Assembly: GCA_036172245.1 (NCBI GenBank)
Contig: JAYWIR010000006.1
Span: 186,001-250,000, forward strand
Direction of reading: 5' to 3'
Source: Raillietiella orientalis
Lineage: Eukaryota
Length of the DNA stretch: 64,000 nt
The notes below the pieces were generated by a model. That model was given only the letters and a program-made list of their open reading frames with translations. It was not told the DNA's origin and ran no database searches. A program made the position numbers and the translations under genes. How positions within the stretch are numbered: the stretch's first letter is position 1; each line of letters begins with the position of its first letter. Shown piece by piece: positions 26,501-39,000 of the stretch.

Positions 26501-27907
26501 GTTAAATGTTCACAAAATCTTCTATTTTCATGCTGGTGTGTCTGATCCTTACAAGGTTCCACTAATCAAATCTTTCCCTTCTTCAAGGCATTTTTTTTTC
26601 CTCTTTCTAATGGAAGAATCAGCATCAGTTGCGGGAGTCCATTTTCCGTTTATGGGCAAATGCAAACGATCAAGTTCGGTGCTGGGGAGGAAATAGAATC
26701 CAGCCTGATCCCGATTCAAGAGAAGCACTCGAAACCAATGCTGATGTTTTCAGGATCCCGTACACCAAGTCTCTCTGCATTCAGCGCTCCGTGTTTTCTG
26801 AGAACCTTTCAAAACCCACCTTTTCGTATATGTAACGAAAACGTATCCCTGTTTATCTGGATTTAGAAGTTTGAGCGGTAGTACAAGACGTTTTTTTGAG
26901 TCCGAACAAAGAGGTGATTGGTATTTGTTTATGAAAGCTTAAGCCTGTCCCCCCCCCCCGCTCCAAAAAAGGAAGTTTTCGACTGAGTTCGTTGCCGATT
27001 CGCCAATTGCAATCAGATGTTTATTTAAATTTATAGGTTTTCGAGTGAAATCTTATCTTAAATCTGTTCTAAGAACGGTACATTTCTTTACTATATCCAA
27101 TTAGCAAGACCGAGAGAGACGGCAACTGCCGTAAAGGCCTACGTCCTCAACTACCGTAAAGGCCATCTTGAAATGGTCTATTCTGAAAAGACTACCGAAA
27201 AAAAAATCCGATGTTATTGATCATTCTTACTTTGAGAGATTTCAATTTGTGTAGGAAAGAAAACTAGAAGTGTTTGTTTTCCATTTACTTCTTCGTTTTC
27301 TCGAATGCCTTCTGGATTTCATCGTTTTCGCGAGAGTGAATAAAAATTCCACTTCTGCCTAACAGATTTCTGTTACACTCTAGATGGTGCTATGCTTTCC
27401 AAGATCAATTTTTTTTTTTTTGCAACATGCTCACCTCAATTCTATATGACAGCCGTTAAAACATCCGTAACTTAGAAAGCATTCAATTTTTATATTATAG
27501 GCTTTACGAATCCACCGACACTCTCGGTGGCGCACGGAATTTCAGCATAAAGGGGCGCCACAAAGGGAAATTCTTATCCATTCTGTTTCTCGCCATAAAT
27601 GAAAGCTTCTGTGTTTTTTGCTATCTATAGCATGCTCATTTTTCGCAATGAAGGCATCTCGATATGAGTTTCATTTTGCATATGACACACAGCAATTTAC
27701 AGGAGGCTACTCACTTGGTCTGGATAATATTGAGGGTACACCGTGGCATACCCATAACCTGGAGGAGGAGGTTGACTCGAGGGGTAAATAAATCCATACT
27801 GTGTCCTGTGATACTCTAAATACGCTCAGCTATAGCTACCCTGATGAGTATCTTTGCTCATACCTGGCTGTGGTACGTTTGCAGGTGGAACCGAAAAATC
27901 TGTCCGC
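17505..27907 (-). CDS. Protein lifeguard / TMBIM (Bax inhibitor-1 family) 7-TM protein; start codon not resolved
   Basis: Phase-consistent GT-AG exons: 27907-27864, 27815-27715 (PPPPGYGY), 26236-26061 (IKHQFIQKVFTIL), 26010-25957, 25907-25817 (ARKKFPVNII), 25173-25048 (VAFGVT…IAIQTK), 22576-22433 (VDITKW…) and 17657-17505 (IQMIVGGRKAEYGPDDYVSAAIAVY…stop). Minus-strand AATAAA at 17423-17428. Confidence 0.92.
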
Positions 27908-30900
27908 CTGAAATCTCTTTCGTGGTCACCCATTGCACAGGTTATTTATACCAGCATTCGCTATCTTGACCAAAAAAGCAAGCACAAAGGTTAGAACCCA
28001 CGTTTGTTCTCTCACTGCACTTAGGTGGCTGGGGAATCACTTACGACCAAGAAAATCATTCACGGAAGTGTCACTTTTTCTTTTTTTTTTTCCCCTTTTC
28101 TAAATAAAAAAAAAAAGGGGGAAAAAAAAAAAAGTCGATTTGTTACCTACTAATTCTTGAATTTCTTCGCGACTTTCTGCAGATTAGGAATTTACCGAAT
28201 CGGTGATAACTTCCATCTCACTGAAAAGTCGTGAAGCCCTTCTGATAACAATGGAAACCCTTCCAACAATGATGAGGTAACGCCAAAGCTATTTTGAGAA
28301 TGGCGCCATGTTTTCGAGGAGATTATTCCGGCAACCCACTCCCAAGCTCGCTGCGTTCCGATGGAGATCCTCATTAAATTAAACCTCCTTCATGAAAATT
28401 TGCTTCCGTCACGCGTTCGGATGCGTGCTTCCCTGCTCTCTCCCCTCTTCCCCCGGTTCTCTTTGGGAACGACGTGCTGAAAGTGTGTCCGAATTGCGTT
28501 TTTCTTGCTTCAAAATTTGCCAGTGAAGTTTTCGCGCTGTCCCGAACGGCATCCAGATTCCTGATCCCCCCTGCTTTCCTCATTTTTGTGTTCGAAAGGG
28601 ATGCATCTCCAGCGTTACTTGAGTAAATGAACAGTGAGCCCGGTTCAACCACTCGGAGATGGGAAGCAGTTTCCATGAGGACGTGCCGTATTTGCGGAGG
28701 ATGTCTTGTGCTGAAAGAGCGAGTCAGTAGCGCGTTGTCTTAGCCAAGTCACCATCATTTATTCAGCCCCGAGTTATTGGATTTCCTTTTTTTTTTTTTT
28801 TTTCTAAATTCTTCTCAGCGGCAAATTCCAATTTTCGGTTCGCCTTTTGTTTTGTCTGAAGATCGGGTCTCGTGACGTCTTGCAGCGTACGATTCTGGAA
28901 GCTTCCAGATCTCTTGAACCGAGATCCCTCCGAGGAGCTTTTTGTTCCTGGCTGCTGGTGATCCTACCCATTGCCTATCGGAGCTCTCGTCATGAGGGAC
29001 GCCTACTGCTCGGCCCAGAAGTGGAGGGGCTATCTCAGCGAGCTGCTGGCCTTGACCAGAAATGCACTCAGCTCCTCCGTGCCCGTTGCTGGACGGGGGT
29101 ACCACGCGTGGTCCACGAGGCGGGCGTGGTATGCATGTGGCTCGGGTGGCACCTTCCCCACCCGCGGATAGAGGTCGCCGCTCGGACCCCAGACCTTCAG
29201 TCGCCACCGTCCTCCACCGGAAGGAGGAACACAGCGCTGGAGGCAGGAAGAGGACGGCGGAGCACAGAGACGAGAGCCATCCTGGACTCCGCCGGCGGCT
29301 GCAGAGGGTCGGGAGTCAGAAGCTTTCCCGGCAGCGTCCCACGCGCTAAGGAAGGAGGGAAGAAGGGGTCGGAGGGGAGGTTCGGAACGAGCTGCCAGCG
29401 GCGACGCCGCCATGAGGGTCGCCTCCACCAGCGGCGGCGAAAGATCTTGACAGTCTCCTCGGAAGATGCAGAGGACCATCCCCAGTAGGATGCGGTCCCT
29501 ACCCCGCACCCTTCCCAATTTATTTATTTCTTTTCATTTTTGTTTTCGTTTTCTTTCTGTTTGGTCTTTCCCCTGTGCCGCCGTGGCAGACCTCGCCGGT
29601 CCGCGCACCGGCAACCCGGCAGCATCCGATCGAAACGGAAGCGGATGGACGACCAGTCCAACCACAAAACATGCAAACGTTCATTTTCATGGGGGGAACA
29701 CTCTGGAGCAGCCGCAGGTGGAAACCCGCCCGCGGCGGCCTCGGACTAAGAGCGCGGCTTTTTGGGCCAGAAGAGCCGGGCTGGGGCGCGGCGGCGCTGA
29801 GCTCGCTGCCGCCGGCAGCCGACAGGTCAGTTTGCCTGGTGGAGGGGGGAATGGGGGTTCTAAGGAGCACGAAAGTACCCCCGCTCTAACTTCTCTTCCG
29901 GCTTCTCCGTCCCTTCAGCTTCCTCGGCGAGAGGGGAGCGGAGCTGCCTCCGGACCAGCAGTCTCCCCCCCCCCCACCAGCACCTGCCGAGTGCTCCGCA
30001 CTGCTGCCATTTTCCTCCTTAGGATGGACCCTGTCGCGCATCCTATGGACCGAGGTGTGTGGCAGCCTACTCCCTCCCGGGGGCGAGGGCGGGCGGAGCA
30101 GAGATGCGGGTGGTGACCATCGCTTGCTCCGCGAGGACGGAAGTCTCCAGCGCAGTCCTCGCGCAGGAGTACGGGTGGGAGCGTTCGCCTCCTCCTCCTC
30201 CTCGCTTCCCTCCTCCTCCACTCTGTTCCTTCCTCCTGACGGCTGCGGTCGGAATCCGGAGGCGTGTGACGGTGGGGCGATCGGATCTCGGGCATGCGTC
30301 ACCGAGCAGCCTCCTCGCCGGGCTTGGAGGGGATCACAGACTCTGATAAGCTCTCGGTTGCTTGCGCAAGAGCTCTCTCGCTCCCAGGGAAGGAAGAAGT
30401 GCCGTCCGGGAGAGCCTACAAAAGCGCCCGCGGGCGCCCGTTCGGACCCTCGTGGTAGCGCATCCAGCCGAGCGTCGGAGTATCCCCAGGCACGCCGGAG
30501 GTCAGGACGGACTCTGAGGCGGCAGCATCCAGAGGGCGGAGCAGGAAGCTTGACTTGTCCAAGGTACGTTCCCGTCCGTTTCTCCACCCCCTTCCTTGCC
30601 TTGAGGGGAAGGAGGAGGAGGAGGATCAGGTGAACCTCTGTTTCCCTCCCTCTTCCCTTTGCAGTCGCAGCGCGCGTGCGCGGGAAGCTGCACCGTTCCG
30701 AGGGCGCAAGCGCACGACTTCCTCCCTCCCTTCCTCCCCCCCTCCCTTCCCTCAGCCCTGAGGCTGCCTCCCTCCGTCCCTCTGGTGGCGCGTGACCGGT
30801 CGTGGCAACCCTCCTCCGCATCGGTCCACCCCTTCTGGATGGCTCCCGGAAACGGCTCTCTGTCTGCCGCAACCTTCCTCGCTTGGCGAGAAGGACGGAC

Positions 30901-32249
30901 AGCGATCCCGAACTCCGGGAGGAGGCTGCCTGCTCTTCCCCTCTCCTGTCCTGCGTTTGCAGTTTGCCACGGACGCGGGCACCTTCCCTCCCCTCCCCCT
31001 CCGAGGGGCAGAGTTGTGGTGAGGGCCGCGAACGAAGGTCCAAACCGCATTCCCTCGAGTGAGTGTGGGTCGCGAGCCGAGCATCGGCGAGGTACCAACG
31101 GTCGCCGCTCCTCTTTGAACAGCGGCCGGCCTCTGCGAGGAATGCGGTTTGGAGTGGCGACCGTTGGTGTCTCGTCAACACTTGGCTCTCGACCCTCCCG
31201 CAGAACACAACGAGCTCATCCACCCCTTCGAGAATCCCTGGTGCGAAGATCTGGGGACAATGACTAAAGGGATAATGGGGGCAAGACACAAAGGACTTGG
31301 GTGAGCAGGTCCGCGGAGCCGGTTACCAGGATACGGAAGCAGGGGTGAGTCGGGAGTTTATGAAAAGACTTGCCTCCGTGAACTGAAAGGCTTAGCAAAG
31401 CATCGTGCAGTGTAAGTCACTTCGAACCGCTCCCTCCTGAATCCTCACCCTTCACAAGGAACTGGCCTGAGAGTGCTCGCCGCCTTCCTTCGGGCTGGCC
31501 GGACGGAATGGCTCGTTTCACGGCAGAATCTGCTGAAAGGACGGACTGGGCACACAAAAGAAAGCCCCTTTCCCAGTTGCTCTCGCAAGGTGAGCCACTT
31601 AAAACCGTCCCTCTTCAAGCTCCTCTGCGTTTCGCGCGAAGCCGAACTTCCGTCGGGTCGGCTTTCCGCTGCTCGCGCCGCATTTCCGGATTACTTGGTT
31701 GGGAGCCATTCTGGTCTCTCACGCTAACGTCGCGGTGCTCCCTGCCGGTTCATGGAGCGTATTTTTTCGAACTCTTTTCGGAAACAGCGAGGAAGAAGGA
31801 GAAAGATGTTAGGCACGGAGAGCCGGGAATTCACCCCACAGAGCGAGAATTTTGTGAGAGATTAAGAGTCGCAGTTTTGTTAATCTTCCTGTAACCGAAT
31901 ATGAGCCTAGGAAGAGACGATTATCGATGAAGCATTCATCGAGAGTAGGCCTCCTCAAGCGTCACCACGTCTCGTCTTCCCAGTCACTCTCGCCATGTTT
32001 TTAGCTTGCGATGCTGAGTGCCAGGACGATAGCTCACGCTCACTGCGAAGCCGGCCCTGTGGCGGGACTGCTTTTGGTGGTTCTCCCTCTAGAATGAAAG
32101 AGAGTGGAATGAGAAGGGGGAGGGCAATGTGGAATGAGGGTGGCTAGAATGAAGAAAGACCGAATAAAGTGTACGATGGATAGTAGAGACAAGGTACAGG
32201 AGAATGAGTAGGAAGAAGAGTTGAGTAGGTAGGAGTGGAGTCGATGGCA

Positions 32250-32950
32250 CTAGAAAGAGCATTAGGAGGTGGATGAGAGTTTTGATGCTTGGTCAAACCG
32301 TCGGATTAGCTTATCGTAAACTGCGAAGTCAAACGCCTTGCTCTGCAAGGGTCAACCACTTGACATGGATGAGAGCGCACCTGTGAGAAATAAAACGTCT
32401 TCTCTCACCCTCTGGGTGAGAGAAGCCTCTGCTCGTGCGAAGGACAAGCTCGTAAGAATGGAGACGAGTGTGCTCCGTTGCAAGCCCAAAGGGCTTCTCA
32501 TGGACCACCGAGAAGGTCTCGCCGAAGAGGCCTTCATCCTCGCTGCTTCGAGGGCAGGGAAACGGAGACGAGTCAAAGAGGGGAGGATTGTAACGAGTGG
32601 CTGGGTTTTCATGCGGGTGGAGAAGCATGTTCATCATTACAGATGAAGAGTGCCAGAAGATACTGGTCATAAAAGCTGGCCATTCCAAGAAAGTCCTGGG
32701 CAGCACCACGTGCGCCGAAGAATCAGGAAGTGAGTGTTTGACCCTTCACCCACCATCTGTGGCAGAATCGGAGCCGAGAGCGTGTGCTCTCCGGAGAAAG
32801 GGTTCAGCTGCTCAGCCATTCCTCCGATTCCACCTCCACCTCCTCTCACGGGATGGTCAAGCCCTCCTCAGCAATGTTTCACGCCCATTACGTCGAGAAC
32901 CTGTAAATGACCCATTTGGCCATTTCCTTTCTTGGAGGGTTTTCTGAATC
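32250..32950 (-). mobile_element. CR1-like LINE 3' remnant
   Basis: TRLHSYELV…RRRFISHRC…KWLTLAEQGV resembles the CR1 ORF2 C-terminus TRGHSxKL…RxxFFSxRVVxxWNxLP. Confidence 0.5.
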
Positions 32951-34649
32951 GGAGTTCCCCAAAGCAATTTGCAATCTGATCTTGCCTCGGGGGCGGTCAC
33001 TTTGCCTACATCCGCATTCGAGCAGATTCGATCCCGACATGTCAGCGCCGCGGTGCTGCTGCAATCAAAGAAAATCTCTCGGAACGAGTCACTAAAAAGA
33101 GAGGTCGTTCTTCCATGAGAGTCTCTGGAGGGGGCGCGCTCGGTGAGAGGCTGAAATGGATACTGACCGGTCGGGCAAAGTCCGGCGCAGATTAGGAATG
33201 GTCAAGGAACGGACAGGAGAAAGCATTCGGTAGACCATACGGGATGACGGAAGAGACGTCGTCGCTGGGGCGATGACCAAGGCTGGCCGAACTCGGCGGC
33301 CAGAGTGAAATTAAGCGGGAGCGATCCATCGGAAGGGGAAAGGGAGGCGTGGGTAGGTAGGAGTAACACACGTGCTTCCCTTCTTGGGAAAGAAGAAGGA
33401 GCGGCCTGGTCCCCCAAGAGATGTGAAGTGGGTCCCGGACTGGTGCTGTGTCCTCTGATGGAAGGGCATTCCCGACGGGGATGCTGGGTCGCACTGCCTT
33501 TCATCTAAGCTCCTGGATGTCGCGGCGCTCTTTTCATCGGAAGATGAAGATGCATAGGCGTCTCAGGAAGAACTGGAAGGTGCCAGAGAATTATGGCAGC
33601 TTCAGCGAAAACGAACAGCAATGGAATTGGCAGCAGCAGAGGACCTCAGGGAAGGCGGCGGAGACGGAAAACCTTGGAAGAACATAGCTTCTTCTTCAAG
33701 AACACTTCCTTCGCTTCGATATCTGCCAAACTCCCAATTCGAGCATCCAGTTCAGGTGTTTCTTGAAAGTCACGAAGGGCGCAAAGTCCTATTCTTTCTC
33801 CCGGCAAAGAATTTTAGCCTGCAGGCTCGGTGTCGTTTTCCGTCCCTCTCCCACACCTTCCCCTCTTTCCATCTGATCATCACTGCCATTCCCAGCCCTA
33901 GCAAAGGCCTCTCGGATGGCGGGACAATCTCGTGTTGACCCCCCTGGATCGTTTCCTTTCTCAGTCCGGCGCCCACTTTTCTTTCCATGCGACCTCCGTT
34001 TGGCTCACCCTTGGTCACCGGATGCCCGCGCGCCTCGCATCCCGGCCCGGGCGATGGTTCTCCCCTCCCTTCTCCCGTGGGCAACTGGCTCTCTTGCAAG
34101 TGTCTCCCGCAGAAACCGCTTCCTCCAAGAAGACGCTCCGCTCCCTCACTTCGTCTCGGAAAGTGAACGGGAGTGAGCAAGGAAGTCGGAGCAAGATGAG
34201 CACGTGGTCACATGCACATCGCCGACCCTCCGGCTAGTGGAGGGCAGCTAAGGGCGATCGGTGCCTCCCGGATCATGGGAGAATGCTGCTCCCTTTCTCC
34301 GCTGCCACCCCTTGGGCTGCTGGCGGTGGGCCGTTACTTTTATGTTCCCGCGGAGAACTGATGCGAAGTTCGCCAACGGGAAGATCCCGCCCTGTTAGCG
34401 AACGAAGCGGGATCGTTTGGCTGTTCCCGGTTTCCTCCTAAAAGAACGCTCCCTTTCCTACTCGTCTCCCTCCCTCTGCTCTTCCACTCTTCGATCTCGC
34501 GAAAGGGATTTACAATGGGAAACTGCGCGCCGTTTTCCATAGCTACGGATCCGCAGACGCCACGCAGATCTACCGGAAGAAATCCCAGGAGGAGGTCGGC
34601 TGATGTAGCCTCGCTGGGTCTCGAGGTGACTACGACAAACTCTCAGACA

Positions 34650-35250
34650 TCTCATTCATCTCTCGTCTTCCTCGCGTTATCTCGGTCTCATCATCGGCAC
34701 GTATTTATCTCCGCTGTTTTTCCCGTGATGCTCCCGATAGGTTTCTCCAGGATTGACATCCGGGTCACTCCTGAGCGCTGTCGCCCAGGCAGATAGGCAT
34801 CGAAGCATCTCAGCAGTAGTGCACGCAACATCCTCAAAGCAACCGCGAGAATGTCTCCGTCCTGCGATCGGATCTTGCCATGAAGACCGTTTCCACGGGA
34901 ACAAGCGCTTCCTCCACCGATCTCCCAGCCCAGACGGGAAACGGGAGAGCATCCATTCCACTTCCAGACTCGGTGGGCAGCGGAGACTGGAAATGGCAGG
35001 GGCAACTGTCCTTTCTTCGCGGTTCCTCGCCTTCGTCCTCCTCCCTCCAGAGGCCGTCCTGAGATGGAGCAGAATGGACCGCTCAGTCACGAGAAGGGGT
35101 GCGCACGCGCGAAGGGCCTCCTCCTCCACTTCCTTCCTCCTTGGCCAGTATTCCCGCTTCGTCCTCAGAATGGCCCAGTCACCCTGTAGCCATGCCCGTC
35201 GGTCCAGTGCCACGCCGGCACCGTCCAAGGACTCTCGACGCAACGTCAGA
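34650..35250 (-). mobile_element. Degenerate LTR-retrotransposon integrase remnant
   Basis: ILRTKREYWP…ALRAC resembles the zinc-binding region, followed by HSRGCFEDVACTTAEMLRCL (~HSKWPEV…STTAE). Confidence 0.35.
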
Positions 35251-36056
35251 GGCTCCTCCCTTTTGGGACGGCTCAAGGTTGCGCGCATGCTCAGGGGGAG
35301 CTCTCCCGAGCAGCGTGGGTCCGCGGGGGAAGCAGAGGCAGAGGAGGGAAAGGAAAGGGACAAAGCGGAACCGGCGGATCCTGAGAGCTGAATCCCAGCG
35401 ACCGCGGGTCTGCGTCCCGGCTGCCTCTCTCACTCCCCCTCGGCGATTTGTCCTCCTCCTCCCCCACTTCTCCCCCTCCCTCGCTGTCCCTTGTGCACGT
35501 GCGAAGAGACCTCGAGTGCACCACCTCCCCGGGGCATGCCCACCGCGACACCTTCCAGGGGTCTCCGACGCACCCCTTCCTGCCGACAGACTTCTTCCTC
35601 CCCCCTCTCCTGCTCGTCCCTAGCCGTGACAGCGGCGGCCTGTCAGGGTGGGAGAGTCCCAGAGCTTCCTCCGCTTGCCTCCCCACCAGGCTTTCCAGGC
35701 GAGAGGAAGGAGAGGAACGGGAGGAGGTGGTTAAAGGGGAGGGGAGTTGAGGGAGAAAAGAGAGATTTGCGTGTCTGCCACCGCCATCGCCTCAGGGCAA
35801 GAGAGAGCAAAAGGAAAGGAGGCTGAGGCAGGTGAAGGCGGTAGCAGCCCGGAGAATGGAAAGAGAGGGTAGAGAGAGAGAGAAAAAGTGGCTTCTTTCG
35901 GTCCAGCATGACGAGAGAAGGAAGAAGGGGGAGGGGAGAAAAACTCGGATCTCTCCGCCCGCATCCTTTCGACGGCGACAGAGTGCGCCGCTGCTTCCGG
36001 TGGTGTCCGACCGGCCTCTCCCTAGGGATCGCGCGCTCGCTCGTTCGCTCGCAGCC

Positions 36057-39000
36057 ATGGGAACGCTTTCCCCGCAGTGTGCTGGAAGGCCGACCGGGCA
36101 GTGCGCGCGCGCTCCCGCTCGGATGAAGGGGGCGGACGTGATCGCCGCCGCCGCCTGGGTGCTGCGGTGCGCCCTCGTGTCCGCTGGCGCCGGCGGCTCC
36201 GTGACGGCGCCGTCTTCCGGCGAGGCTCAAAACCGCTCCGCGCGCCTCTTCCAGTTCAACAGTCTGCTGCCCCCCCTCCTCCTCTGGAAGGATTCTCCCG
36301 GGAACCGTAAGTAAGAGGGAGGAGGGGAGGTCTGCAGACAAAAGGGAAAAAGGGGAGGAGGGTGATTCCGCCTCTTGGAAGCTGCGGCGTTCCGTCCCCG
36401 CTCGAACCGTCGCCCCGGCGAGTGAAGGTGGCTCCCGGGGGCAATGCGGACCACCAACTCGGAGAAGCCCCGACACAGGTTTCCGGCTCTCCCCGGAACG
36501 CTGTGTGCGGAGGGTCACCTTTCGACGGCAGAGCGGGGTATTCTTCTCCTCGCTTCTCATCCCTCACGCGGCTCCCTTTGGCAGGGCAGGCGCGGCTCTT
36601 TCTCCGGTGGTTTCGGAAGGGTGGAGGACCTCGTCGGCACTACGCCCGGGAAGGACTGCTCTGACCCTCGCCTCCCGCGGGAGTGAAAAGGGGAGGGAGA
36701 TGGACTCGAAGCGCAGGCAGCAGAGGCTACCGGATTTTTCCACCTCCCCCCCTTCCCCATCCCGCGATCACTGCGTTCTCCTCGCTTCGGCGAGGTGTCT
36801 CCCTGGGAGGAGCAGCCGCTTCCGGGACGCCCGGGAGGGCATCTTCTCGAGGGGGGGGGGGAGAGAACGGCCCAGGAACACGCGGAGCTCCACGGCCCTC
36901 TTCCTCCCCGAGCTCTTCCTTCCCCCCTCTCCCGGTGGTTGTGGATGGCCGCACCGCGTCGTTGCGGCGGCAGCTGCTGAACGTCCGTTGCGGGCTCCCG
37001 GACTTTTCTTCTTCTCCCTGCCCTCCCCCCCCCTCCCTAACGACCCCTCCTCCCGCATCCCGATGACTTGTCGAGGAACCGGGGGAAAAACGGACGAGGA
37101 AGTGATGCAACTCGAGGGAGGGACCACCTCGATGGAACTCGAGGGTGGAGACCTACGTCCGGGAACGCGTCCCTCTCGTAGAAAGCCGACAAGGCTCCTC
37201 GTCAGCGGCGCCATCCTCTCGGAGTCGTCAGAGCAGCGGAAGGGGAGGAGGAAGACGTGGGGGGGAAGGACGCCTCCTGAAAGACCCCAGGAACTGCCCA
37301 CGATGTCCCTTTTGCCTTCCCATTCCTCCGAGGAGCGCACGGAGGCCCCCCTCGTGAGAGGAAAGCGCGAGTCAACCCGAGCGAAAAAGACGCCCTCCGG
37401 CAAAGTCCTGACCGATCGGTATCTGGACGGCAGCGCGTTCGGTTTCTTTCAGGCTGTCCCCGTTCCCACGGCGTCCAGGATGGAAAGAGGGAGATCCTTA
37501 TCTGCCGCTGCTCCAGTTCGGACGTGCCTTTGGTCGGCTTCCGGGAGGACCCGCCATGCAAGGCGAGCGCTAGAGACCCCTCCACGGGCTGAGCCCTCCT
37601 TGAGGAGGCCATCAGGAGGCTGCAGGCAGCAGCCCCTCCCCACTTCGCACTGCAGCGCGAAGGGGGGGGGGAAGAAGGATGCATCCTTCCCGAGCGCTCT
37701 TCCTTCTCTTTCGCTCCCCACGCCGTCAAAGAAGCCCACCCTCCTTCCCAGATCCCTGAGGGTCGAAAAGGGGCCACAGAGAAGGCTTCCGCGACCCCTT
37801 TTTCCGTGCCTGATCGCGACGGTCCCAGTCCTGAAAGGACCAAGGAGTAGACGAAAGGGTCCTCGAGTCCATACCTGGAAGGACCCCAACTTCCTACTCC
37901 CCCCTCCTGGCGACTGCGGCCTCAACCATGCGGAGGAGGGGGGGAGGTGGCGATGCACCGGTGGGGATCTTGGCTACTCTAAAGGGGAGGGAAGAGTGGA
38001 TAGGGTGGTCACGAGGCGAAGTGCCGTCTTCGTTTCCTCCTCCTCCCTCCTCCAGCCCTTCGTCGCTGCACCCTCTTACCGAAAGTCATCGGACCGCAGA
38101 CGTCCCCCTTGCCCGTAGACGGCCGGACCCGCTCACCAGCCGCTGCTTCTTCCAGGGATTCACGCCTACTGCAAGACCGACGCCGACTGCCCGCAGCCAC
38201 TTTTGGGGACCGCTATTTGTCGTGGCAACGGTGAGAATGGAACTGGAAATTGCGAACAAGGTAAAGAGGGCGTTCCTTCGAGGATAGCGGCTCCTACTAT
38301 CGGCTCTTTTCCTTCTCCTCCCTTGCCTCCCTCTTTCTTCCCGCGTCGCTACGCAGGCGTGCCCGAAAGAGAAGTTTCCCCAGAGTGCCTTTTTTTTTTT
38401 TTCTCTGCGGGTGCAGGTGGAGCGACGCCGTCGAGCGCGCGCGACGTCATGATGGAGTGAGGACTCTGAGTGAGGAAAAGAAGTAACTGGGATGATTCAG
38501 AAGCTGTCCAGTGCCCTTTGCCTTCCCTGCCCCTCCTGACGGAGGGTGTTGAGTTGTAGGACTGGCGCGAGTCGCTGGAAAGGCGGATTGTAGTATGAGG
38601 GATGGGGGGGAGGGAGCACCTGGCTCGACTACCGGCAGCAACTAGAGAGGAGGGCAAAATTCATAGGGAGAAGCAGCTCTTGGAAGGCCGGGAGCAAGCC
38701 TGGGGAGGACCCAGAAGGTCGTGCCCTCATGTATGAAACCGCGTTAGCGGAACGCTCGGTGTCGGAAGTCAAGGACCACGACCGTAGGGGGGGGGAAGGC
38801 GCTCAAGGAGCAGCGTGCTAAGCTAGCCTCCGGAAGCCACGAAGGAGGCGAGGGGAAGGGGAGAACAGCAGAATGAATCCAGAAGGGGGAACTCCTCCGT
38901 AGGAGAACCCTACAGCTTCGCTGGAGAATGGGTACTGCCACCCGGAAGCGGTTCGCGTCCGGCCCGAGAAGGATCCAGGAATCGCTCGGTGCCGCCATCT

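Noticed and set aside
27841..27900. CTGATGAG…GAAA hammerhead-like core
   Set aside because: The stems cannot be formed, and the sequence is explained by a TMBIM intron and exon on the other strand.
29886..38118. 467-aa (29886-31289) and 537-aa (36505-38118) ORFs
   Set aside because: Low-complexity translations; the second lies inside intron 1 of the EB-module gene.
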